This document shows, one piece after another, positions 50,698 through 63,379 of a stretch of DNA of 64,000 nt. Numbering within the stretch: position 1 is the first letter of the stretch; the number at the start of each line of letters is the position of its first letter. Source of the DNA: Fimbriosthenelais zetlandica (Eukaryota); assembly GCA_977030845.1 (NCBI GenBank), contig OZ365112.1:22878001-22942000 (forward strand), in the 5' to 3' direction. The translations under genes and the position numbers were made by a program. The notes under the pieces were generated by a model that was not told the origin of the DNA, searched no databases, and was given only the letters and a program-made list of their open reading frames with translations.

Positions 50698-51525
50698 GTG
50701 AGTTTAATCAGCTTATCAATTTTATGCCAGTGTATACATAAAGGTTTGACAGACAGTTTAGCGTCACTGTCTAGGTGCGATATCGTTAATTTTTGTGGAA
50801 TAAGCAGTATTTGGGTCAGGTTTTTGACAAAGGCAAAGCCAGGGGCCTGGCCCAGGCCAAGCCAAAACAACCGAGTCAGTGACTGAGTGAGTGAACTGAA
50901 GTCACGGATAACTAAAGTCTAAAGTAAATTAGGAGATATTAAAGATAATATTTATATTAGATCTATGTTATTAAATTTAACAAAACAAAACATGGAACAC
51001 ATAATTTTTATCAGGGTGAAAAGAAGTTTGGTTTGTATGATTCATCAAATTTCAGCTGCACATGGTTTGATTCTTTGAAACAGCACTCCGACCCCCTACC
51101 CCCACCCCCACCACCACCAAAAATAAATAAATTATAACATAAGTAAAAATAAATAGTGTGCCCGTCTATTTACATAGTCATAGCTACAGGCTTTAACTAC
51201 ATTTAAATTATGTAGCCTGGTGTGAGAACAAAACTGATTAAAAATTAATTTCTCATTAGGGCACGCTGCACCATATTGCTCATGATTGAAGCCATATGCT
51301 TGGCAGTTGCTCTCCCTTTCATCTCTCCCCAGAACAACCCTCTCGCGCACACCCACCCCCTGTGTCGCGTACCCTTCCTTCTCCCCATCATATTCATGTC
51401 TACACTTCATGATCATGATGTTATCTGAGCCACACTCACCCACGTGACCTCTCACGTGATGCCAGGTCTGTGTATGGTAAGGGTATATAATACACCAGCA
51501 GATGGTTTCACATTCCAGATGGCGT

Positions 51526-51539
51526 GTTGCCATGGTAAC
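51526..51539. promoter_or_regulatory. Perfect RFX X-box
   Basis: GTTGCCATGGTAAC is an exact match to the canonical X-box consensus. Confidence 0.7.
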
Positions 51540-53153
51540 CATATTACCCGCTGCCATTGATAGTTACCCTGGGAGGTACTTTATGGGGTCATTCTGCTGA
51601 TGACAGTCCTCAGACTACAACAACAAATAAATCTTTTCCTAAACTTAAAATGCAGGTTAAAAAAGCTTTCCAATGTTGCACAACCATTAATTTTATTGAC
51701 ACCATACAGTAATTAAAAATAGTAGGGATCTTCAGATAAAAAATATGAGTGGGCTTCCTAGCTAATGGAAAGTATCGTTCCGTTGGAATGGACAGGCGTG
51801 ACAGGAATAGCTCTGATGTGTTTTCGCTGTCACTGCTGGCGTCATGAGTTTTATGTTTATAGCGGGGGAAAAATCAGCTGCCCAACCTACCCAAACCCCT
51901 GGGCAGCTGTTGGCCATTGTATGTAACCCATCAGTGATTTAGGTTGAAGTGAAGGGGAAATAAAGGGGGAAATATCTCTATATATGTATGTGTGAAGAAT
52001 CATGAGGAACGTCCAGAAAGTGTTGGGCCTTGAGGGGACATTTATTTACACGTCTGTGAAGTTTTTGTCATCAGCTGTGTACATAAATATACACTATATG
52101 TATACGTCATACCAAAACATCCCTCACACTGTGCCACGGTCCAGACTGACAAAAGGGATGGCTTTAATATGGGAGGTTTACCATAATCTCAGTGTATTGG
52201 ATGTCATAGATAACACTGATTACCCAGATTATCAGCGGATTATAGAGCAATCAGTGATGAGGGTACTACATGTGGTGGTGACTTATGCAAGATTATGGCA
52301 AAAACCATCTCTTATTTGAAACCTTATCTGTCATCACAAAGCCAACCCTGGAGCTGCCATATCTCTCCCTGCTTCTGCTGGGCTCACACTATATAGAGAG
52401 GATCAGCAGCTGCTGCTGCCTCTGCTGATGTGGTCGTACCATCACATGCCCTCCATCCATCCACTCCCCCACCATCAACTCAAACCAACAACAACTGTGG
52501 CAGCTGGAACAGCTGCAGTATCTGCTACACACAGCGAATAGTAGAGAGGAGGAGGGAAGAGGAGAAGGTGGGATCCAGTCTTACTAGGGAGCAAGATCCT
52601 AGCGCATCCCTATTAAATCTTGTAAAGGGAAACCTCCTTTTAAGGCCGTGGTGTCTATTCAGCCTTCCATTCCCCAGTGTGTGTGGTTGGAGTCATTCAG
52701 TACCAGACCCTCAGCCTGAGCGAGCCACTCCCCCCGCCTCGACTCCATCACCAGAAAGAAGGGGTTTCTAGGATGCCCTAATAACACTCCTCCGTCGTCC
52801 CTAGAAATGTAGGGCAAACCCTGGAGCGTGCATGTAGCCCTTACACACGCGCACACTCCTGCGTGGCTATTTCTAGGAACACACTAACGCACGTTTTCCT
52901 ATCAGATGGATTAACCAGTACCTCTACTCAACCAGCCCAGTGGTCCAGTGAAGTGACCATTGAATAGATCCATTTGGACCTTCGTTTGAAGGACGGCTGT
53001 TGCTCACATATGAGAACCATATTTGTGTAGAAATTTTCCAAAGATCAAATCATCCTATATGTAGGGATATTACATGAACCGCGATGGGATCTTGATGGAT
53101 AGTAATTTCCGTAGTTCCTTCAAGTATAGAGAAAAATACACATCAGAGTCACG

Positions 53154-56100
53154 ATGATTCCTGCAGCTATAGCAAGGAAGTACGAAAAAGGTAGACATAT
53201 TTATTCATGAATATATATGTTTGAATATGATTATTTCCTTGATCATATTACATTTTCACATAGTATTATTTTTTATGGGATTTTATACTGGTATTTTAAA
53301 TACATAGGTAACATTTTAAATGTGTATTACTTTGTGTATATATTTTATATTGAATGACACTTATGGCTGTTTGTAGGCCTGCTGCTCAGCAGCTGTAGCT
53401 TGGCGTCTGGACATGGAGTCACTCACTTACTAACTCTAACACCAGCTCCTACCCTCCCCCCACCCACTCTCCTTCACTCTCTACCCCCTCCCTCTACACC
53501 CACCCCTCTCTCTCATCCGCTGCCCACACAGAGTAATATTAGCGTACTCGCCTATTGATCTGTATTGATCCCTTACTTATAAACCTTTGTACTTGACTCT
53601 GTCCGCTTTGTTAGCCGCTTGTATATGTCCCAGATAAAATAACATTGAAATGACAGTGTATTACATCATTCAAAATTGAAACTGAAATAGGATTTAGACA
53701 GTTGTCATAGTTTTGATATCGAGCAGAAGGCCAGCAACTCTATAAGTAACTTTAGTAAACTATATAATCAGAATGAATTATAATTTTAAGAATGTGTATA
53801 AATACTATAACCCTACTAATTGACTAACATTGGCTGAAATGAGATATTTAGTGTTAGAGTGACCATTATCACCTGCATGGTTGTAATATTAGAGCTAGCC
53901 TACTACACCTCTCTACCACACCCAATACGGGCGTGGCTAGCGCTGGTATATATACGGACGCTCTTTAAAAACACCGGGGCGCTTATCAGTTTGACACTAC
54001 CTTTATTCCCCTGGCTTATAATATAGACGTCATATCTTATTTATTTGATAGAATTTGATCCCTATAGGTTTCAACGAAGAAAAAAATATGCATTTAGATA
54101 GTATTTGGTTTAATTTGATAGCATATCGTCAGGTCAAGATGTTGCTGGTTTAGTGACTGTTACAAATAAGACCAAATATTGAATCAGGACACAATCTGTG
54201 ACAAAGATAATTAAATCTCTCTCCCTCCACCTCCTTCCCCCTACACCTCCCGACACGCGCGTCAAGGTAACAGCTGGCAGTTTATGTATGTAGTGGGGCG
54301 CTTTATACACCTAAGTTGGTACTCTACACTGGAGGTTAAAAAAAGAAAGAAAAAAAAGAGGTTAACAAACCCACTGTGTTTCTGAGACTGGGTCATTGTT
54401 CATATCACTGAGAGAGACATGACATACTACACTGCAGCAAGCCATGTACATTCACGTTGCCCTTGGCACTTTAATCCCTGCTAAGTGATCCTGCACCGAG
54501 TATAGGTTATCCCTGTGTGTAAAATGTTACTCAGTTCTTTAGCATCTCTGGACTGGATCGTGTATTGTTAGTCCCTTTATGTCATGTGACAGTTAACTAT
54601 CATTGTCCGGTCCTGATGCTTACAAGATAAATGTAACTTGTATCCAATGCTATAACAATTTATCAGATTCCCTACACTAACTTTCAATGGTATTTTCTCT
54701 CTTAGTATGTCCAACGAGTTGGTATGTCCCATGTTTTGACCATCAATTTCCTATAATCACTTATTTTGGCATTGTATTTGGCCTTATGGAGTTAATATTT
54801 TTATGCAATTAGTTGGCTCTGTATGACTGGCTTTTGTTACTGATACGGTTTTCTAATGTAAGGAATCATAAGCTGTTTGGTAGGGCCTACGTGGCTCCGC
54901 GTGCACTCCACTTACCAAAGTTTGGCACTTCTAAAGAAAGGATTTTACTTTTTTCATTTGAAAACTTGTTACATTTACACGTTGTGGATCATACCAGAAA
55001 CCTTTGGATATTTTAACTTTTAAAACGCAATGGGATAATAATGAATAGGTTAACCTTCGCAGCCTCACAGTCACTAGTAAAGATTTTACTTCTACGAATA
55101 GGCACTGCTAAGTGAATCTCCAAAATCACACGTTTTGAATGATCTCAGATCTTTTTTCAGCAGAATATGATACAAATAACTTATTTTTCTCATATGATCC
55201 TAGACATGTGACAAGCAAACGTGTAACACTACACCAGGGAGAACGTAAACTGATATACACACAGCAGTTTTAGCCATGACATTATTTCACTTTGAACTGG
55301 GAGAGATAATAAATAATGGATTGAAATCTCTATAATATATTATGTCCTGCTTTTCTCATGGATTTGAAAAGCAAAACTAGGGAATGTAATTGAGATCTTA
55401 AAATTCCCAGAACGCAAAGGAAACTGAAAGAGGAAATAAGGGAATGATGTCAGTTAATAACCAATGAAACAGTAGTTTCTACAATGGAGGAATGGAAAAA
55501 AGTTTGTAATGTGACCTGCAAAGTATGGAGTTTGGGATGTGGTTTTGGTGAAAAACAATGAATGTTTGAAAAGGAAGAAAACCAAGGGAACACACAAGGC
55601 TCTTGTTTATGCTTGGTACAGTGCTGGAGAGAGAAATTCGGAGTGTTCTCTATATACACTGTTTCTTTTTGGTGGTCGACAAAGAATGGCTCTGCTACAG
55701 GACCATTGTCTGTGCATGAAGGAAACGGGCCAGACCGATGGTACTCCAAAGTTTTCAAATTTTGTATATGTTCTCTTGGGGATCAAAAATATTCATTCTG
55801 TGCAAGAGGATTTGTAACTTTTCTTGCACAACATTTGGCATGGTATTCACTTTTCTCTCTTTAAATGGTAAAATACACATTTTTGATGATTTTCACCAAT
55901 TTTAAACATTGTACTTTCTTTCTTGTCACCAGGGGAAGTCAGTTATGAGGAGCGTGAAAAGATGAGGCTGTCAATGCGGGCCAACATCCATGACCTTCAC
56001 CGGGCTGTTCAGCTGGGGCGCTCTGACTGGGTCCAAGACATCCTCAACCAGGACAACGTCAATATCAATGGCACCGTCTGTGGTACAACAGCCCTCTCTC

Positions 56101-56891
56101 TGGCCCTCTACAAGGAGCGTGACCCCATTTTTGAACTCTTCCTGTGCCATAAATGCTCATCTAGTCGTCTGGATCTGAACAAACTGAGTAAAGATGATAA
56201 GCAGAGGATCGAGCCCCCTCTCATCACAGCTTGTAGACTGGGTAACAAGCGAGCAGTCAAACTCTTACTCAAGTTCCGAGCTTATGTGGACTCGACTGAT
56301 AACTTCCAGCATACTGCCCTCTGGATGGCCACCCTCCAGAGGTACACTGACCTGGTCAAGCTCCTCCTCTGTCACGGTGCTTCTGTGAACCCCTCTCACT
56401 TATGGACTCATTCTCCACTGTTTTTCGCGGTCAAGTACTCGAGTAGGAGAACTGGTATAGCTAAACTGCTCATATACCAGGGAGCGGATGTGACCATCAA
56501 GAGTACTCTGTCTCTTCTTTACTGTGCCATCATTCAGGGTGATCAGAGCATGGCACGTCTCATAGTAGAAGCTGGGTATAATGTCTCAAAGGACCAACGT
56601 ATCAGATCAGAGTGGCAGTCAGGTGCTTTAACACGCAGTGAAGACTTGATGTACTGGCTAGGTGTGGAACTGTCAACCCCAGTCAGTCTTCAGAGACAGT
56701 GTAGATCAACAGTTAGGACAACCATAGCCAAAGTTCACAAAGGAAGGTACTTCTTAGACAAACTTAGAGAACTGCCACTACCAAAGAGTATCCTTAACTA
56801 TTTAGCCTTGAGTGAAAATGCATGGGAAGAAGGGTCCACAGTTTCACCCCCCTTAATAAATGTTCAAGAACCAATATTGGGTGATAATTAA
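53154..56891 (+). CDS. Ankyrin repeat and SOCS box protein (ASB-like), about 331 aa
   Basis: The main exon 55933-56891 encodes about 6 ankyrin repeats (TALSLAL, EPPLITACRLG, TALWMAT, SPLFFAV, SLLYCAI) and a SOCS box (PVSLQRQCRSTVR...LRELPLPKSILNYL). The only phase-compatible start found is exon 53154-53190 (MIPAAIARKYEK-G); that part is less certain. Confidence 0.85.
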
Positions 56892-58348
56892 TGTAAAGTA
56901 AAGTTGGTTTCTCTTTTAATTTATTGGATTGAAATGATTTAGAAGATACAAGACCTTCGAGATGGTATCAAAGTGATCAAGTGGTTGGATTAAGATAGTT
57001 AAAGGCTATTGTTGTTCATAAAGATATTGTATGAATTTATATAATTTTAAATAACATTTGATATTTTCATTCAACTATGTTTCAAAGTTTGATAGAAAAT
57101 ACTTAAATTATACAGAGTCCTACATAGATATGCCTATCTCCTCTTTTGGAACAAAATATTAATGAAGAATCTTAAAGTCGAGGACTCGGAACTTAAATAT
57201 CTTTCTGTTTGTAAAATTGTCAATTGAAATCCCAGTGTCTCATTGCAGAGTTAACTCTATTCCACGCTTGACAGCAATTAGTCTATGATATTCTAGGATG
57301 CAATGCTATTTTAGTATGTTTTTCCATTGCATGGACGTTCTTCTGACCAGAGTGAATCTTACATTTGACCTGATATTAGACTTATGAAATAATAAAATAG
57401 TTGAAAGTGCAATAATTATAATTGTGAATACTTCAGCAGGCCAATTATAAATTCCTCTCTCTGTGTGCGCTAGTTTAAGAATGGTCCATGTCTGTTGAAA
57501 TATTTAATCCAACTTAAAATTCAACTGCATGATATTTTGTTGATTCTGTAGCCTATCTTGAAGCTAGGGTGATAATAAAATTCTAAGGTAGGGTTGACAT
57601 TTAGATGTGTGCTGTGATAATTTTGGATAAGGACATAATTTAGGTGACACTCAAACTTTTTATAAGTTTCACCTTCTTGCAGTAGGCCTATTATGGCTAT
57701 AGGCTCTGTCATCTCCTGTGCAACTTAAATTAATTTCTTTTAGAGGTTCGGGTACATTTTAACTGGCCTGTATTTTCCTCAGGATGTTAAATAGCATAGG
57801 GAACATCCCCTCATGACATGTTACTATTATGTGCCGGGTATATTTTATTGTTCAGTGAAAAAGTAGGCCTACCAGTACCGCAATAAATATGGTCGATTGC
57901 AATATATCAGTCTCGGTTTTGCTTTTCTTTCATCCTCAAAGCTGGGAAATTAATATTGATACTATCAAATAATGAGGGTAAACTATTTAAGCTTATTTTT
58001 AGGGCAGTAGTAGGGGTCAGACCGGACCTGGGAGAAGTTTTAAACCTAATTATCAATGTGGTGACTTGTAGTCACCATGTGGTCGCCATTCACTGCGCCA
58101 AACCGCAACATGCAAGGAGTAGTTCCGAAAAAGTCTGTATGGGGGCAGTAGCTTAATGCCTCTTTCAGGTAGGCTACCATTACCCCCTCCATACCAGGCA
58201 TTATCGTAAATATTTGCTAATATTCTTCAATAAGTATTGAAATAATGCATTTCTAAAATATCTGGATTGCATTTGGAAGTTAATTAATGTAAAAAAAGCC
58301 CGTTTCAATATTACAGATTGTTGACCCCAATCTTCAAGTTCAACCAAG

Positions 58349-61109
58349 ATGGCGGCAAGGGGACCTGTGGTGCATGTCTTCTCTTGTGTTTCTGGACTCT
58401 CTCAGTCATTGAAGGCCTCACTACCGGCCATTAACGTCATAAACGTCAGTTATAAAGGTATGGAGGTTTATATAACAGACAGATATGTCTCTCTAAGGGT
58501 GTCAGTGTGTAATGGGCTCTCAAACACTGTTTTGTAAGGCCCTACTGATAGGCTTTTAGCCTCTAGAGGCTAAAGTTATACCGGTACCGTATTTGCGAGT
58601 GTATAAGCCGCGATTCTTTGGAAAAAAAAGTTGCGGCTAGTACAACGACGCTATTTTTATATAGATCTAGATTTCTATATTAAACTGCGACTTATATAAG
58701 AATTTTAACCTGAGCGACCAGGGGGTGCGGCTTATCTATAGCCTTAATATAGGAATTGATTTTTGCTCGATCACTGTGACTGCCAGCTATCATAAAGCAT
58801 GAACCCATATGATAAGGGTGGGTCACCCACGCCCACTAATAAACCATTTGAAAGAGATTATAGGGGATTATTGCACCTGTTGTCATACTGAAAAAATGCT
58901 ACAAGTTCACCTTCTCCAGCATGGCAAATAGACTAGCCTACATGTAAATGATGTATTATTTTTTTTAACAAAATAATATAATTGCTCTAATTATTACATA
59001 TATCCTAACAGTCTAATCTAATAAAAATATATATACCCGGTACATGATGCCACATATGCCACATAAGCCTTAGGTAAATGTTTGAATGACCTGAAATTTA
59101 ATAGGTATATTGTCACCAATTGATTACAGATAACGATGCCAAACTTGACACTGAAGAGAAAAACAAGCTGGGAGAGGCAGAAGTTCTAGTTGCAGATCCA
59201 GCATTGATTAAAAAGTACAACTTGCTGTATGAACTTCCCAAGCTTAAATGGTTGCAGTCTACTTTTGCAGGTGAGACAAAAATCTCATGTCGAAAATATT
59301 TGAAGGCCTTTGAATATAGACAAGCCCTACGTCTTTCAATCCCTGCATCATCAGGGCATGATAACATATAGGCCTATACATTACTCTTAATAAAATAGTG
59401 GAAAGTCATTTATTGATAATGTCTTATCTTCTTACTAGGTGTGGATGCAATTTTCCATCGCCTGGATGAATCCAAGGTACATTTTTTCGAATTTTCCTCT
59501 TAGGCCATAGGCTATAATATATACCATAGTGCACAATATGTCTAGTCATATGTTATATAATATTATTTCAAAGAACTAATTCTGATGGATTAAAAAGTCA
59601 TTAAAATAAGTGATTACTTTAAAATTAATTTTCTAGGACTCGCCTGGGTTCACACTTACCAAGGTGTATGGTATCTTTGGACCTCACATGGCTGAGTTCA
59701 CCGTTGCTCATATCATAGCTCGGGAAAGGCAATTCGCTGCTATGCTTGATGACCAGCGTTCCAACCATTGGTAGAGACATTCCAAAATGCTACTTAAGGT
59801 TTAAGTTGAAACATTAAACGAAATGTATTGGGTCATGCATGCGAGGAAGTTCCTTATAATCTCAGATATATCAAAGTTCCATTGGATAATTGTTGTAATT
59901 AATGTTTTAATATTTGAAAAATCCACTCTATTATTATAGGAACAAGTCTGCCTACATGGAATATAGAATTCTATCTGACCTTTCCCTTGGTATCCTAGGC
60001 ATTGGAGATATTGGAAGAGAGGGTAAATGTTATTTAAAAATCACCCATTAAATATCAGTGTATTTTTTATAAGATAATTATTGTTAATTCAATAATATCT
60101 CTACTTCTCCTATCTTTATGTTGATTGCCTATATTTGTAGTTGCTAGAGCAGTCAAGGCATTTGGCATGAAGGTTTGGGGATGGGGCACACAGGAAGGTT
60201 CACCAAGAACACCCTGTTCACACCTTGATGAATACAGGTAAGCTCAGATCTTCTAACATTATTGTGGGGTTTTCCAGCTTGGTTTGACATGAATTATAAT
60301 ATAAGTTATAAATAATTAAAGTACCGTACTAATTAATACTATCCACCATTTTATCCAGGGGCCCCTCCGGCCTCAGTGAAGTGCTGAAGAATTGTGACTA
60401 TGTGTGCAGCATTTTACCAGACACACCACAAACTACTGGTCTGCTATCTGGTGACACTCTCTCACACTGCAAGGAAAAGGTTAGTATAAAAGTATATACG
60501 TTAGTATAATTTTTTTAGAAGATCTTTCTAAAGAATTTAGTTGTAGATTGGTTATTTATTGCACTCTGTTGACAATCATTCATTATATTTTTGTGTATAT
60601 TTCTCGCAGAAGTCGGTATTGATGAACTTGGGACGTGGAAACGTGATAAATGAGTCGAGTATTATCAATGCTCTAGGGTAAGTTAAAGACCAGTTAATAT
60701 AAACCTTGGAAATTAACTATGACCTTCACACGTCGTTAGATTGGTCTATAATTTGTGGGTTAAATATTTTCAGCAACGATTGGATTGGTGGTGCTATCCT
60801 GGATGTGTTTCAAGAAGAACCCCTGCCTAAAGAGAGTGCCTTGTGGAGTCACCCCAATATAACCATAGCTCCTCACGTCTCAGCCGTTACCAGAAGGGAC
60901 GAGGTAATTTTCACTGATCATTCACTGATTTAAAAGGTACCGTATCTAATAGGAATAATAGTTATATTTTTTAGTCAAATCTTAATTTTCCAAGGCTAAA
61001 GATTTCCATTTATTTATTCAAGATGGTCAAAGTCTTCTTGGAGAACTATCAGCGCTACACCTCTGGTGAGGAGTTGAAAGGAGTGGTGGGATGGACTAAT
61101 GGTTATTAA
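58349..61109 (+). CDS. D-isomer-specific 2-hydroxyacid dehydrogenase, glyoxylate/hydroxypyruvate reductase A (GhrA)-like, 335 aa, 10 exons
   Basis: Exons: 58349-58457, 59130-59270, 59439-59476, 59637-59770, 59940-60022, 60141-60237, 60359-60479, 60610-60677, 60774-60903, 61023-61109 (1008 nt). Motifs: [10 protein letters not shown], Rossmann [32 protein letters not shown] and catalytic PHVSA. The ATG sits within a YY1-type AAGATGGCGGC. Confidence 0.9.
58587..58745 (+). mobile_element. Terminal fragment of a non-autonomous Tc1/mariner-pogo type DNA transposon (MITE)
   Basis: Begins TA|CCGTATTTGCGAGTGTATAAGCCGC with repeated GCGGCT(T)A / GCGACTTATA subterminal motifs. This resembles the recalled widespread TACCGTATTTT..CG..TATAAG.CGC..TGCGGCTTATA class. 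The other end was not found. Confidence 0.6.
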
Positions 61110-61335
61110 CTTCCGCTTTGAAATCTGAATTCATCCTTCAAAAAAATACCCTGAGCTATAATTGTTCTAGCAATATTTATTGATCCCAAACCTACAGAAT
61201 GCCCCAAATTGAGCTTTATTGATTACTCCACTGAGTTGGATAATAAGAATCATGTCTTTTTGTTGATAAATATTTTATAATATATATGTGCATAAGAATG
61301 AAAGTATTGGATGAGTTCTGCACCAGTGAGTTGTT

Positions 61336-63379
61336 TCAGTCACTTTCCTGTGTGTGAGTATGTCGGGTAAAGTATGGCAGTTCGTGTAGACGAGCTTCAT
61401 AATGTCTGTACCACTTCTCACCATCCAGTATCCTCCCTCTCAACTCATCATACCAGGTGCCGGGCGGCAGGTAGATATCTCTATACACTGCTCCCTTCTC
61501 TAACACAGGAGCCACGAGTACATCATCCCCCAACATGAACTGGTCATCTATGACCTGAGCTTCTTCATCACAAGGTGCCACCCACCACAGAGGTCTGATA
61601 ATGGGGGCTCCAGTCTCCACTGATTCATTAGCCAGTCTGATGATGGTCTCAGCATACTTCTCATGTAACTGAGTCATTCTCTTACAAATGTTCAACACCT
61701 CTTCATCATACTGCCAGGGGGAGATGGAGAACTGAAGGGCAGGCAGAAAGACATTGGCCTGAAGCCATCGAACAAAGAGTTCAGGATCTGGAAGTCCTGA
61801 TGAGGATCCAATCATGCCTGAACTACCATAAGCATTGCCTCCTATCATATCAGGCAGTATAAAGGGGTAGCCAAGGATGCTGAATGTGAGGGCGTGTGGG
61901 ATGAGAGATTTCAGCCCATTGTTGTAGCCCCATTTTGATTCTTTATCCATCATTCTCACGAAGATGGGCAGGTGTTGGGTCTGTAGCCCTACCCTTACTT
62001 CTAATGCCCTGTTGTCCTTGTCACATTCGTAGCACATCTCAGCATATTTGGTTGTATAAACATTGGGATTCTTCCAGCAATTCTCAGGCCGAGCCATCGG
62101 TGGCAGCCAGTTCACCTCCCCAGCATCAAATTTAAATGAAGCTAGTTTGTATTTCTCCTTGATATTTATAAGTTCATTCTTGAACCATTCCACGGCTGAG
62201 GGTTTGGTGACGTCCAGTATCTTACCTATTCCATCCCACCAGATGGTATGACCGGGTAAGGCGCCTGACTTGATCCAGTGTGGTTGTGAAGAGGCCTTGG
62301 ACATAGGGCTACAGAAAGGATGTACCCAGAGTGTAGCCCTGAACCCAAGCTCTCTCAATGTCTCCATCATTGCCTCAGGCTGAGGGAACTTTTTACGATC
62401 AAAATGCATGTCACCATAATGGGTCGTCCAGTCATCATCTATCTCTATCTGAAATCAATAGGATAATGCAATATAAAGGACTATTCCAATTTAATGGAAA
62501 ATACAAAATGGGGGACAATTCATAGAGATTACTAAGGCAGAAAATGTGTGTATATTACAACAAATTGTTTGGTTAGGAATAGTTTGTGTAATTCACCTGT
62601 GCAGCCTTGAATCCGTGGTCCTTTATCTCCTTGGCATAAGCCAGCACCGACTCCTGGGTGATGCCTTTCTTGTACCTGGCCCAGGTGGACCATATTGGAT
62701 GTGTAAATATGGCCTCGTCGGGTATGGCTGTGGGTGGTGAGAACACCTGCCTGGTGGCCAGCTGATGAGTCTTAACCACATCATAACTGATAAACACCTG
62801 ATAGCTCATCTTCACACTCTCATTCTCCACATTGTGATAGGGTGAGTTCCACTTTGAGATGAGGGAGAGAGTTTGATCTTTCTTATGGTTCATAGTGATG
62901 AAGAGAGGCACTTGCTGGGAGACGTAGAGAGAGAAACCACTGGATGAGAGCCAGTAGCGTTCCTGTACCCCTCCATATTGGTCCTTGAATGAATCTCCAG
63001 CCACAAAAGCCATCTCAGCCCGGGACCATTTCTCAATGGGCCAGAGTTGATGCCTGATTTGAGCCGCCCCATACCAATGTGATCCAGCCATGGGGAATGT
63101 ATCAACAAGTGTCTTGATGGTGGCGACAGGGAGCCAGTCTACCCTGTATTCTATACCAGTGTCATGTTTGATGTAAGTAAAGCACACCTCTCCCAGCCCC
63201 GGCCATGAGAGAGTGAGAGATTTAAAGTCCTCACCGCGGCTTACTTTAGGCTGGATCTCTGGTATCAGACCTCGACCAAGGACTGCCGACTGCACTTCTT
63301 TATGGTGCTCATTAGCAAATGATACTAACAGAGATTTACCCTGGATTTCTAAATGAAGGGTGTGGAAATCAATCTCCAT
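61336..63379 (-). CDS. MYORG: MYORG-like glycoside hydrolase family 31 protein, at least 631 aa, 2 coding exons in window (N-terminus may extend upstream)
   Basis: Exons 63379-62597 and 62448-61336 splice in phase. Motifs: PIWSTWARYK, IEIDDDW, FDRKKFP, WVHPF, nucleophile FKFDAGE, acid/base LPDMIGGNAY, PIIRPLWW and DDQFMLGDDVLVAPV. The symbol is a family-level call. Confidence 0.9.

Noticed and set aside
12182-51712. TACAGTA/TACTGTA as a fourth footprint class
   Set aside because: The number seen by eye (about 8) does not exceed a rough random expectation.
51132-52856. ORFs 51132-51557, 52002-52319, 52430-52771 and 52659-52856
   Set aside because: No recognisable domains; they overlap promoter-like and purine/pyrimidine-biased intronic sequence of the ASB gene.
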